A stretch of DNA of 37,335 nucleotides from a virus. The position numbers and the translations under genes were made by a program. The notes beneath the pieces are model-generated. The model was not told the origin of the DNA and made no database searches. It worked only from the letters and a program-made list of their open reading frames with translations. The stretch lies in UHGV virus genome UHGV-0209072; one strand, 5' to 3'. This document shows positions 18,033 to 27,152 of the stretch, in pieces. The first letter of the stretch is position 1. Each line of letters opens with the position of its first letter.

Positions 18033-18692
18033 CTAGAATAAATCTCTATTTTGAGCAATCATTCTTTGACGCTCTTTAGAGTCTTTAATTTGCATAATTT
18101 CAGCTTTAGTCATTTGACCACCGTTATTGCCTACTCGTGTCTTATTTTTGCTAGCAAGGCGCTCGTTCACCTTTGCTTCTACAGCTTTATCCCATTCATC
18201 ACGAAATGCCTTTACATCTTCCAGAATTTCTTCAGCTGTTTCTCCGGTAATTCTATGGGCAAAATCAGAAGGCATACCTTCGGCTTTTAACTGATTTCCT
18301 TTTTCAACGAACAGTTGCTGTTTTTGGAACTCAGCCTTTTGTTTTTCAAACTCTTCTTTTTCTTTATCAAGAATAGCTTGTTGTCGCTCTTTTTCTGAAA
18401 GTTTCGCTAAACGAGCGGCTTCATTCTTTTGTTCTTCTAAATCTTTTTGCCAACGTGATTTTTTACTTTTGATAATCTCATCAACATCTTTATCGTCTTT
18501 TAATCCGAACTTTTCTTTAATTGAAGTCAGCTGTTCTTCATCTAGTTCATCGAGATTCAATGATTTTTGTTCATCTTCATTTTGTTGCTGATGATTATCT
18601 CCTCCACCTGAACTATTTCCATTATCTGCAGCAAAAAATTGTAATTGCATTGGTAATAAATTACATGTTTTCATTTGACTTTCTCCTTCCAT
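18033..18692 (-). CDS. Scaffolding protein with a Prp-type leader
   Basis: Charged coiled-coil protein rich in E/K/Q. The N-terminus is ...MKTCNLLPMQLQFFAA|DNG. Confidence 0.7.
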   Translation of the reverse strand: MEGESQMKTCNLLPMQLQFFAADNGNSSGGGDNHQQQNEDEQKSLNLDELDEEQLTSIKEKFGLKDDKDVDEIIKSKKSRWQKDLEEQKNEAARLAKLSEKERQQAILDKEKEEFEKQKAEFQKQQLFVEKGNQLKAEGMPSDFAHRITGETAEEILEDVKAFRDEWDKAVEAKVNERLASKNKTRVGNNGGQMTKAEIMQIKDSKERQRMIAQNRDLF

Positions 18693-18770
18693 AGCTTTTA
18701 TTGAGAATCAATGCTTGCTCATTTCCGTAGCTTTTTTTGTCATCCACGCCTGGACAAAATAAAAAGCCGT

Positions 18771-19118
18771 TTAAAACGACTCAACTTCTAATTCTTTGTA
18801 AATGTTTAATAATTTAGGAAACTGAATAGCAATCCAATCAACGATTTCTTCATTTCTTGGCCATTCTGCGTTATTGTCTAATCCCGATTCAAATAAAATA
18901 GCATGGATAATTTCATGGCGTATGGTTCTAGCTTCATATATATCAATTTCTTGAAAATTATCTGGATCTCCGTTATCTAACTGATTAATAAAAATTTCTT
19001 TGGTCGTAAAATCAGTGACACCGTCTGCACCGCGCATAAAAGGCTTGTCTGCTTCTGTTGTCTCTTTATAAATTGTGTATTCTACGCCTAATACATTAAC
19101 TTTTGCTTTTTCTTTCAT
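18771..19118 (-). CDS. Small HExxH protein (putative minimal zinc metallopeptidase) in the head module
   Basis: 115 aa with TIRHEIIHAILFESG. Confidence 0.4.
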   Translation of the reverse strand: MKEKAKVNVLGVEYTIYKETTEADKPFMRGADGVTDFTTKEIFINQLDNGDPDNFQEIDIYEARTIRHEIIHAILFESGLDNNAEWPRNEEIVDWIAIQFPKLLNIYKELEVESF

Positions 19119-19302
19119 TACTATTTTCCTTTCTCAAATGCTCTTCATAATCAGAGTCAAGGTAATCATATGGATCTGGTGGTACTTCTTTTTGTTCGTA
19201 ATGAATTCCTGTCTTAATCAGCATAATCGTTATTGCTAGTGAAAACCCTAAGAAAGGCATGCCAATAATTAAAGCAATAAATCTTAGCAACATTTTAAAC
19301 AT
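19096..19302 (-). CDS. Small membrane protein, hypothetical
   Basis: 68 aa with an N-terminal TM segment (LLRFIALIIGMPFLGFSLAITIMLI) and an acidic tail. Confidence 0.4.
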   Translation of the reverse strand: MFKMLLRFIALIIGMPFLGFSLAITIMLIKTGIHYEQKEVPPDPYDYLDSDYEEHLRKENSNERKSKS

Positions 19303-20197
19303 CCCTCAATTCTTTTTTACTTGGAATGATCGTACTTCGACAGTTCACGTGCATCGGTGGTGCATTTAGACCAGGTTGAAAATCTGCTAATTTAAAGACG
19401 TCACCGTTTAGACCTTTGCATATTTCGGTAGTGCGATTGTCAATATGAGCAAGGTATTCATATTCAGTGAAACCAGCATCTATATAGCGTTTTGCCGTAG
19501 CATTATTGATAATATTCGTTCCATCTGTACGAATGATTGCTTCAGCTCTTGAACGCGCTACATTGTATTTTTTTCTTAACTCCCTTGCCATTTCAGCAGG
19601 GCCCAATCCTCTTACAAATCCTTTAACTAAAGTATTCCTCAAGTCATTAGCTAAATCATCTACATTTCCCCAAATACTTTGCGAATAGTTTTTTCCATTG
19701 AATGGTGTATTCACTAATTGTTCTAAGGTAGGTAGATTTAAAGTACTCGCAGAATTTCCACCAGATATTTTTCTATATGCGTACTTCGCGACTTCTTTCA
19801 AATAGTCATTAAATGATTGTTCAAGATCACCGCGCATCACACCTAATTGATAAAGCAAGTCTAGCTGTAACGCCTCTAATCGAGTGACTTTTCCAGCTCT
19901 ATATTGTTCATTTAAGCGTTTCAATAATTCCGGGTCTTTTTTAGCCGCTTTGAAATATTTCTTGGCATTCTCTCTATAATCACTTAAGTCCTCCCTCATG
20001 AGCCGTTTTTTTGCTTCTTGCATAGAGATTCTATTTTCTTTAGCATACTGAGTATAAAATTTATATATCTCTTTCTGGATGTTCTGGCGATTTTCTGTGT
20101 ATATAGATTGTAATTCATCGAAGAAATCTAAATCCGTTTTATCAACGTAAGCCATGATTTCATCCATACGCTTTATCCAATATTGCTGTGAAGTCAT
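19295..20197 (-). CDS. Minor head / head morphogenesis protein (SPP1 gp7 / Mu F-like)
   Basis: 300 aa placed immediately after the portal. Confidence 0.7.
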   Translation of the reverse strand: MTSQQYWIKRMDEIMAYVDKTDLDFFDELQSIYTENRQNIQKEIYKFYTQYAKENRISMQEAKKRLMREDLSDYRENAKKYFKAAKKDPELLKRLNEQYRAGKVTRLEALQLDLLYQLGVMRGDLEQSFNDYLKEVAKYAYRKISGGNSASTLNLPTLEQLVNTPFNGKNYSQSIWGNVDDLANDLRNTLVKGFVRGLGPAEMARELRKKYNVARSRAEAIIRTDGTNIINNATAKRYIDAGFTEYEYLAHIDNRTTEICKGLNGDVFKLADFQPGLNAPPMHVNCRSTIIPSKKELRDV

Positions 20198-20209
20198 TCA
20201 ATCAGCCCC

Positions 20210-20434
20210 TTAATTTGAAACGCCAGTCAGAATGCCAATAGTGAATCTTAAAGCCTGATTTTCATTAAACCCCTCATCTAAACATTTATCAAAAAGATAT
20301 TTTCCCTGCTTAGCAATAAATTCTAAACTTCTTTGCGTTTCGAAAAATGTAGCTTCAAGTGTTTGATTATTCTCATTCATCTTCATTAATTCCTTTAGCT
20401 GCTTCTCGTTCATCGTCGTCATTCCCCATTTCAT
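20210..20434 (-). CDS. Hypothetical protein
   Basis: 74-aa ORF between the portal and the minor head gene. Confidence 0.35.
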   Translation of the reverse strand: MKWGMTTMNEKQLKELMKMNENNQTLEATFFETQRSLEFIAKQGKYLFDKCLDEGFNENQALRFTIGILTGVSN

Positions 20435-21956
20435 TCTTATTCACTTCAGGCCTTCGTGGTTCTGGCTTATCATTTGTTTCTTCCTTAATACGTTTTAGTT
20501 CGACATCGGGATTGACACCCGTTACTGTAGACAATATTTCAAATAGTGTTTCATCTGAAACTTGTCCAACTAATTGACTAGCTAATGAAACAATCTCGTT
20601 ATCTGATTTAGGAACATTCGCAGTAAATATAATATTCGTATTATTAATATCATTGTAAGCTGTTGAATCGTTCCCTTTTATTTGCCAAATATTAATAGCT
20701 AGGCGCAATCGTCTCATCAAACCTTTTTCAAATAAGCGCTGTTGCATAACCCGCCGATTATCCGCAGCCATTAACTTGTATTTCATACTCTCACCTGATT
20801 GTGTACCACTGAAATTGGCATCCAATGTATCTGGTGTAAAAGTAAATCGTAAAATATCATTAACCAATCTTTTCTTATAAGTCTCTGCACCTTCTGAGTC
20901 ATATTCTTTTATGAGATATTTTGCATCAGGTTCTGATCCGTTTGGATTTGGATTATCATCTAAAATCATTATTCGTGCTTTTTTGAAAGCTAAAGAAACA
21001 GCTAACCGTGAATTAGGAACAATATTACCATCTTCATCTAAGTCATTTTGAGCAGTCCCTGTGTATGGATTTCCTTTGATAAGCAAAATAGCGTCCATTG
21101 TGTCCTGCTGATAATTAGCTAACTCAGATTGAGACAAATCATAAGCATCAATTGAATCTAAAACAGGTTCGTATGCACCTGTACGGTCTTCATTATTTGC
21201 GAATTCATTAATAGGTACGCCATTAAACGCATAATCTTCAAAGTCTAATAATGTCAATCCCTTTTTATTCTGGTTGTCATTGACATAGATGTATAACATG
21301 TCAGATGTATAAACGTTTATAAAATCCTTACGCACCCCATCGCCATAATCTATTGAATAATAATAAACACCAAATAAAGAATTACTGTCAGTCGTATCAT
21401 CATATACAATGAATGTCTGCTCTGGGTTTAATTTAACTAGTTTTACAAACGCTTGTTCATCTTGTAAAGCAATTGTTTCCAACTCGTAGGCTCTGCCATA
21501 GATTGACAAATCGGTTTTGATAAGTACGTTGTGATAGGCTTCGTTGTTTTGCTTATTGAAGTCATCGATTTTTTCTTGCAGTTCATCATTTTCATTTTTG
21601 TACTGGACCGGCTGTCCCAACATATAGCCTTGCTCAAAAATAGTGATATATCTAGCAAAATCACTTGCTATTCTATTGTCGGCAGCGTATTCATCAGTTT
21701 TTGGAGGACGATATTTGATGTTATTATCTGCTAAGTAATAGCGTTTAAGCTCTTTTAAACGTGGCACTTGTTCAGCAAGATGTCGATTAACAAATCTTTT
21801 TAGTTGAGTAATCCATGTTTCACTATCAAATTCTAGGCTTTCAAAATCTTCCTGTGCCATTCTAAAAACCGCATTCGCATTTTTATGATACCTGTGATTT
21901 CTTAAAAACGTTACTTCATTCTTTTTATTCACTTTTTCATCCCTTTCTTTATCCAA
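20373..21956 (-). CDS. Portal protein
   Basis: 527 aa directly downstream of terL, overlapping it by 8 nt. Acidic C-terminus. Confidence 0.85.
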   Translation of the reverse strand: MDKERDEKVNKKNEVTFLRNHRYHKNANAVFRMAQEDFESLEFDSETWITQLKRFVNRHLAEQVPRLKELKRYYLADNNIKYRPPKTDEYAADNRIASDFARYITIFEQGYMLGQPVQYKNENDELQEKIDDFNKQNNEAYHNVLIKTDLSIYGRAYELETIALQDEQAFVKLVKLNPEQTFIVYDDTTDSNSLFGVYYYSIDYGDGVRKDFINVYTSDMLYIYVNDNQNKKGLTLLDFEDYAFNGVPINEFANNEDRTGAYEPVLDSIDAYDLSQSELANYQQDTMDAILLIKGNPYTGTAQNDLDEDGNIVPNSRLAVSLAFKKARIMILDDNPNPNGSEPDAKYLIKEYDSEGAETYKKRLVNDILRFTFTPDTLDANFSGTQSGESMKYKLMAADNRRVMQQRLFEKGLMRRLRLAINIWQIKGNDSTAYNDINNTNIIFTANVPKSDNEIVSLASQLVGQVSDETLFEILSTVTGVNPDVELKRIKEETNDKPEPRRPEVNKNEMGNDDDEREAAKGINEDE

Positions 21957-23241
21957 AGAAGAACTTGGCAGCGTCCATACGTTCCTCTAATGATTGTGGA
22001 TTCTTCAAGCTTAAGGTCCTAAGGAGACTGGCCGCGCTGTCTGGTGCATCGTCATGTTCTGCATTTTCTGTATAGTCCAAAATTTCGGCAATGTACTCTT
22101 TATCTGTATCTTCTAACCAAATAATCAAGTGCCAGTACTTACGCAAATAAGTAGATATTTTAATAAATTTATTCATAGATTCATGATATTCAGTAACAAA
22201 CTGACCGCACTCACGTAAATTCTTAGCTAAGTACCCTTTGTCTCCGTTCGTTTCTGTGTGGAAAGTTCCTGCCTGGTAGTGTTGATGCAATCGCAAAATT
22301 TCAGGCAAGCAATCATCCACATGTTTCTGCCACTTCCTACCATATCCAATAATTGTTCCATCTTTTTGTTCTTTGAAGATGGTTAAGGCTGTGCTGTCAT
22401 CGCCACCATAAGCCGCGTCGATGTGTGCTACACCGTTATAAATAAGATTAATACTGTCGGTATAGGTTGGTGCAGTAAATAGCGATTCACTGTCAGCAAT
22501 ATGTTTTAGCTCATAGTTTGCCGCAAATAATGATGGTGTCATTGCTTGTTGCAATGCCTGACGTTGTTCTTTGTCAATTAATCCTGTTTCGTAACAATCG
22601 AATTTCTTGACGTTAGGCATTTTAGAGATTGCGTCTTCTTTGTGCCATGGTGTACCTGTGTTAATAAAACGACCACCGCGATTTTTAACGTTCTGCAATT
22701 CTTGATACTGAAGTTTCGTTCTCTCTCGTTCAGCTCGACTGACTCGGTCTTTAATGTTAACAATGTCATCAGTAATAACGATGTCCGCATGTTTACCAGT
22801 CAGAGAAGCGTATATTCCCATACCGAGTAATTGAGAGGTTCCTCGGCTAGATGTTTTTAAGTTGGTATCTATTTCCGTGGTGGTCTCTTTCAAAAGCACT
22901 AATTCAACGCCATATAATGCAAATACAAGCGTTTTAAAGTATTTGCTAGATAAAACCTTAGCCACTTGTAAAATAATCTCTACGACGTCAGTATCAGTCT
23001 TACGTAAGAAGATAATGTTTTTATTTGGAAAAAGAACCATCAACAATGCAATTGCAATCGCCAAGGTAGTTGTTTTAAATGAGCCACGATGAGCCAATAA
23101 CGTTTGATCGTCTTTCTCAAACAAAAAAGACTTTAACCAATCATTGTGCAATTCTCCTAAATCGTTAAACCCCACTAAATTTCCAAAAATTACCGGGTTC
23201 GTTTTGATTAGGTTCAAATATTTTCGCTTTTTAGGGCTCAT
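21949..23241 (-). CDS. terL: Terminase large subunit
   Basis: 430 aa with a Walker-A-like motif (AHRGSFKTT) in the ATPase N-domain. A C-terminal nuclease-domain acidic residue pattern is present. Follows terS with a 4-nt overlap. Confidence 0.85.
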   Translation of the reverse strand: MSPKKRKYLNLIKTNPVIFGNLVGFNDLGELHNDWLKSFLFEKDDQTLLAHRGSFKTTTLAIAIALLMVLFPNKNIIFLRKTDTDVVEIILQVAKVLSSKYFKTLVFALYGVELVLLKETTTEIDTNLKTSSRGTSQLLGMGIYASLTGKHADIVITDDIVNIKDRVSRAERERTKLQYQELQNVKNRGGRFINTGTPWHKEDAISKMPNVKKFDCYETGLIDKEQRQALQQAMTPSLFAANYELKHIADSESLFTAPTYTDSINLIYNGVAHIDAAYGGDDSTALTIFKEQKDGTIIGYGRKWQKHVDDCLPEILRLHQHYQAGTFHTETNGDKGYLAKNLRECGQFVTEYHESMNKFIKISTYLRKYWHLIIWLEDTDKEYIAEILDYTENAEHDDAPDSAASLLRTLSLKNPQSLEERMDAAKFFFG

Positions 23242-23687
23242 GTAGAATCATCCTCGAAAAACTGCTCGATTTCGACTGCTGCATCGGAAATATTAAGCGA
23301 TCCTGAAACCTCGGTTTCTCTTCGATCTCTCCACTCATCAGGCTTTCTGTTCTTAAGCCAGAAAATTGCGGATGTAGGGTTGGGCGCCACTTGTTTCGTT
23401 ACTTTTTTGGTTACTTCCATGCCCGCTTCTGTTAATTCTTTTGTAACTTCGGTGTATTCATAACCCACCGCACTTTTAAACAGTGCATTTTCAACTTGAC
23501 GATCTACAACTTCTTTTCCTCTTTTGAGGGCGGAAGAAATGGAAGAAAACCTCTTTTTCCAATCGGTAAATGTCCGTTCGGATACTCCAACATTTTGTGC
23601 GATTTGCTTATCGACGAGGCCATCTCGTGCCCACCCTTCGATTTTAATTAACCCTTCGTCAGTCAGCCACTCTGTGTACTTTGCCAT
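23238..23687 (-). CDS. terS: Terminase small subunit
   Basis: 149 aa with an N-terminal HTH (QIAQNVGVSERTFTDWKKRF). RBS AGGAGG. Immediately upstream of terL. Confidence 0.7.
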   Translation of the reverse strand: MAKYTEWLTDEGLIKIEGWARDGLVDKQIAQNVGVSERTFTDWKKRFSSISSALKRGKEVVDRQVENALFKSAVGYEYTEVTKELTEAGMEVTKKVTKQVAPNPTSAIFWLKNRKPDEWRDRRETEVSGSLNISDAAVEIEQFFEDDST

Positions 23688-23807
23688 GACCTCACCTCCT
23701 ATGTAATTTTATGTATAAAAAGAGACACCCAGCAAGTGGATGCCTCTCGTGAAGGATAGAAACATCTATTGACGTTTCCTAATTTATTTAAGTAGCTATG
23801 CTACCTA

Positions 23808-23880
23808 TTGGCGTGACAGGATTCGAACCCGCATCTTATCTCACACGTAATCAGTTGCATTACCACAATGCTACACGCCA
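23808..23880 (-). ncRNA. tRNA-like element (degenerate tRNA / tRNA pseudogene remnant)
   Basis: On the - strand: a 7-bp acceptor stem (UGGCGUG/CACGCCA), D-arm GCAU-UGUGGUA-AUGC, and a canonical T-loop GGUUCGAAUCC. No anticodon stem can be paired. Confidence 0.35.
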
Positions 23881-24480
23881 AACCAGAAGGAGCGACCTTC
23901 TAGCAATTGCTAATAAATCAAATTAACCTTTACACACTCTCGTCAGAATGTTTTCCCTTCAGGATGTAGCTTTCGCAGACTTTCACGGCTAAAATGATTA
24001 TGTCACTGGCAAGGATTTGCACCTTGTAAGGTCTATATTCCACCACAGTGACCAATCAATCAAACACCAGCAAAAACAATTGATTAAGTTTATCCTAAAC
24101 GTACCTAGCTGCTACTCTATGAGTTTAGGAATTGCTCTCGTGCGTAAGCAGCTGCCGCAGAGATCTGGTTAATGTTCTTATCGTCATATGATGGGATAGA
24201 GCAATATACCTAACCTCGACTAGTATGAATCAGGTAGTTACTACTGCATCCCTAGCAACTATTTGTGTCCCTTGCAAACTTGTAGAAAAAAGAGGAGGTT
24301 ATTCACCTCACTTCATTTTATTGAGAACGTAAGTCTGCAAGTGACCATCGAAAGTCAAAGTGAACGATGACTAAACGAGAAAGTGTGTAATGTGTCCATT
24401 TCTTTGACTTTCGATATTACTATATTAGCATTCAAATTCGTATAAAAACCGCCAACTTTACGCCAAAAAACCGCCAAAAA

Positions 24481-24897
24481 TTATTTATATGCAATTATTT
24501 TGCCATTGCGGTAAGCTTCCGCGAATTCAATCAAAGCTTCTGATTTCATGCGTTGAATACTTCTTTCGGAATAGCCAACTTCTCTAGCAATCTTGTAATT
24601 AGAGTAATGATCCTGCACGCAAAAACTGTAGTGAAGAATTTGACGACTTATAATGCTTAGTGACATCAAAGCCGTTAGGATTGCGTCACGCTCTACTTCG
24701 ACATCAATCATCTGGATCAACGCATCTTCTGCTTTGTTGCCATGCTTTATACCTTTTGGCATGTCTGTAATGATTGGTGATCGAACATCTACTAAGGAAC
24801 GACCAGCTATTCGGTCCAAACGTCTAAAATTTTTCAACACGGCTCTCGCATTGGCTCTAGTCTGACTGAAATCAACTTCTTTTAACAATTGAATCAA
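24481..24897 (-). CDS. arpU: ArpU-family late transcriptional regulator
   Basis: 138 aa placed between the early/replication genes and the packaging genes. A sigma-70 region-4-like C-terminus is present. Starts with TTG, with an AAAAGGAG RBS. Confidence 0.65.
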   Translation of the reverse strand: MIQLLKEVDFSQTRANARAVLKNFRRLDRIAGRSLVDVRSPIITDMPKGIKHGNKAEDALIQMIDVEVERDAILTALMSLSIISRQILHYSFCVQDHYSNYKIAREVGYSERSIQRMKSEALIEFAEAYRNGKIIAYK

Positions 24898-25104
24898 GTT
24901 AAATCGCTCCTTTTATGTTATAATATCAATGTGGTTGGTCGGAGCGATTCCGACTTTTTTTATTTTTTAGAATTTTGAGTGCCGTTAGCAATTGCTTTTT
25001 CTTTTTAATTTTTGATTTTTTCTTACCCATGTTGCACCTCATTTCTCTAAATTAATATCTTATCGTTTCTATTTTGTGTTATAGTCACTTTAGGAGGCGA
25101 TATC

Positions 25105-25365
25105 ATGAAAATCCCTGTAAATTTTAATGAAGTGATGACACTTGCTGTTTCAGATGTTTTAGATGATTTAGACTTCCCAATCTGTGAAATCGAACTGACT
25201 GATAATCCAAAAGATTGCCTTAATGAACTTCGTAGATCACTAGACAATTACAGTGATGAATTTAACGCTCTCTTAAAAACACAATTCATAGCTAGAACTA
25301 CTCAATCTTTTGCTAACCAGCTTGCCGAACATGGTATTTCTATCATCCCTAAAGACTCTGAATGA
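25105..25365 (+). CDS. Small acidic protein on the opposite strand (moron)
   Basis: 86 aa with a net charge of about -8. Strong RBS TAGGAGG. Own promoter-like TGtTATAGT element upstream. Followed by a hairpin terminator. Confidence 0.55.
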   Translation: MKIPVNFNEVMTLAVSDVLDDLDFPICEIELTDNPKDCLNELRRSLDNYSDEFNALLKTQFIARTTQSFANQLAEHGISIIPKDSE

Positions 25366-25380
25366 GTCTTTTTTATTTTT
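25347..25380. terminator. Bidirectional rho-independent terminator
   Basis: GACTCtgaatGAGTC followed by TTTTTTATTTTT; convergent genes lie on both sides. Confidence 0.6.
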
Positions 25381-25564
25381 CTATCGTTATCGGTCTACCA
25401 TACTTTAAAATTTTCCAAGAGCCAGCATCATGTGACATTGATTGGCCCATTTCATAGTGATGCTTATCAAATTCAGCTTCTTTTTTTGAAAGATATGGCT
25501 CTGAATACTCAACATACACGCCATCGACTTGCCTTCCTATTATATAAACTTCTGGATAACTCAT
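25373..25564 (-). CDS. Hypothetical protein
   Basis: RBS GGAGG 9 nt before the internal ATG at 25564. The track ORF extends to 25612. Confidence 0.4.
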   Translation of the reverse strand: MSYPEVYIIGRQVDGVYVEYSEPYLSKKEAEFDKHHYEMGQSMSHDAGSWKILKYGRPITIEK

Positions 25565-25746
25565 ACACTGGAACCTCCTAAATATAGCCCTAATCCAAAA
25601 ATAAAAGAGCATGAAAGGAAATAAACGAGGTCACTGCTTGTTATGTCATTGCCATACACGAAATAGCTCACGGTTGCTTTGGCTACAAGAATCATTATTG
25701 CAATGCCACTAACTTTATTTATTACTCTTTTCCAGTTGCGTTTCAT
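25561..25746 (-). CDS. Small membrane protein
   Basis: 61 aa with two hydrophobic segments. ATGA overlap with the downstream gene. Confidence 0.4.
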   Translation of the reverse strand: MKRNWKRVINKVSGIAIMILVAKATVSYFVYGNDITSSDLVYFLSCSFIFGLGLYLGGSSV

Positions 25747-26451
25747 TTATTCACCATCCACTTTCACAGCAAACAGCCAGTAACGTTCATCAATTGCTTT
25801 GATTTCTTGTTCTGTATGTTTCAGTCTTCCGATGCATAACCCTTTATTGCCTTGTGTATATACAGCTCCATCGGTATCAGTCCAAAGATAACAAAACTCT
25901 GTGTCACCGATTTTTGGTAAAGCAACATAAAATAGAGGTTCTTCATTTTCATTCCTTAACTCTTCAATTGATATGCATTCTGAGCAATCGATACTATTCA
26001 TTTTTTTAACTTCTGTATTTATACCAATGAGATTAGCAACTTCCAACGCTTCTTCTTCCTTTTTAAAAACAATAATTTTCTCGTCGCATCTAAAATAATC
26101 TGTAACACCTCTGACCGCCCAATACAACTGCTCTTTCTCGACTTCATATCCCTCTAACCACGCACGAGCATACGTCTCTTCATTGTCCTTTATCCAACTA
26201 TTAACCTTACCGTATTCAGCGCCATATAGGTCCCACGGTTTGAATGAAGCGCTTAGACTATCACCTTTCTTTTTGGCATACTCAATCCATTCCGCAACAA
26301 ACTTCGGCACCACGACTTTTTTCGGTTCGTCTAGCTGTTTTGCTAAGCTAATTGCTCTTTCGTTGGCATAGTCAGCACCTCTCAAATAATCAAGGCTGTC
26401 TGTAGAAACTTCTATGCATTCTAACTCTTCAATCAATTCTTGTTTATTCAT
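25747..26451 (-). CDS. Hypothetical early protein
   Basis: RBS AGGAGGG 8 nt before the ATG at 26451. The track start at 26478 is less likely. Confidence 0.45.
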   Translation of the reverse strand: MNKQELIEELECIEVSTDSLDYLRGADYANERAISLAKQLDEPKKVVVPKFVAEWIEYAKKKGDSLSASFKPWDLYGAEYGKVNSWIKDNEETYARAWLEGYEVEKEQLYWAVRGVTDYFRCDEKIIVFKKEEEALEVANLIGINTEVKKMNSIDCSECISIEELRNENEEPLFYVALPKIGDTEFCYLWTDTDGAVYTQGNKGLCIGRLKHTEQEIKAIDERYWLFAVKVDGE

Positions 26452-26464
26452 CGCTGTTTCCCTC

Positions 26465-26650
26465 CTATGGATATGCATTTATTGCTTTGCCATAACAAGT
26501 AGAATCACATGCTTGATAAGTTAATTGCCACTTATCATTCATATCAATTTTTTTACCGCATTCTACACACCTGACATTCCCATCTTCGCTATATCCGTTT
26601 TTAATTAGCCACTTTTTGAATTGCTTATTTTTTTGGCGTTTATTCAACAA
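26465..26650 (-). CDS. Small Cys-rich (zinc-finger-like) protein
   Basis: CVECGKK...C..C pattern in 61 aa. Confidence 0.4.
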   Translation of the reverse strand: MLNKRQKNKQFKKWLIKNGYSEDGNVRCVECGKKIDMNDKWQLTYQACDSTCYGKAINAYP

Positions 26651-26862
26651 GATTCCTCCACTTCGTTAAATCCGCAAACTAATGAGTTCATGTTCCAAAT
26701 GCCGCCGCCTTCAAGAGCAACTTTTCTTTTGTCTTTCTCAGGAAATTCAAGAATCAACCCATTCACTAATACTGTTTTTACTACTAAAAATTTGTCTGTG
26801 TATTGTGGAACTCCTTCACCGATATACTTTACTTTGTCTCCTGGTTGAATACTCATACTCAT
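26644..26862 (-). CDS. Hypothetical protein
   Basis: 72-aa ORF within an operon of 4-nt and 8-nt overlaps. Confidence 0.35.
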   Translation of the reverse strand: MSMSIQPGDKVKYIGEGVPQYTDKFLVVKTVLVNGLILEFPEKDKRKVALEGGGIWNMNSLVCGFNEVEESC

Positions 26863-26873
26863 TCCGATACCTC

Positions 26874-27152
26874 CTAAAGCAAACCGCTGTCAATCAGCAA
26901 TACTTCGCCTTTTTCTTCAAGATTTTCTAACTGATTGAAAGCTTCTTCTGCGCCAGTCTTGTCACCCTCTTCTGTATGACTTTTAGCAAGCATTTTGAAC
27001 GCTTCGTATTTATCAATTGTTTTCATATCATCCAAAAACTCTTTTTCGTCCTCTACATCGCAAACAATATTCTTGTAAAGTTTTAAACATTGTTTTTCAT
27101 CCTCAGCAACGATTAATGCAAAATAAGGTTCTTTAATTTCGTAAAATTTCAT
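26874..27152 (-). CDS. Hypothetical protein
   Basis: 92-aa acidic ORF. Confidence 0.35.
   Translation of the reverse strand: MKFYEIKEPYFALIVAEDEKQCLKLYKNIVCDVEDEKEFLDDMKTIDKYEAFKMLAKSHTEEGDKTGAEEAFNQLENLEEKGEVLLIDSGLL

Noticed and set aside
23808-23880. Calling the tRNA-like element a functional second tRNA gene
   Set aside because: The acceptor, D-arm and T-arm can be drawn, but no 5-bp anticodon stem exists and the T-stem needs two G.U pairs. It is reported only as a tRNA-like remnant.
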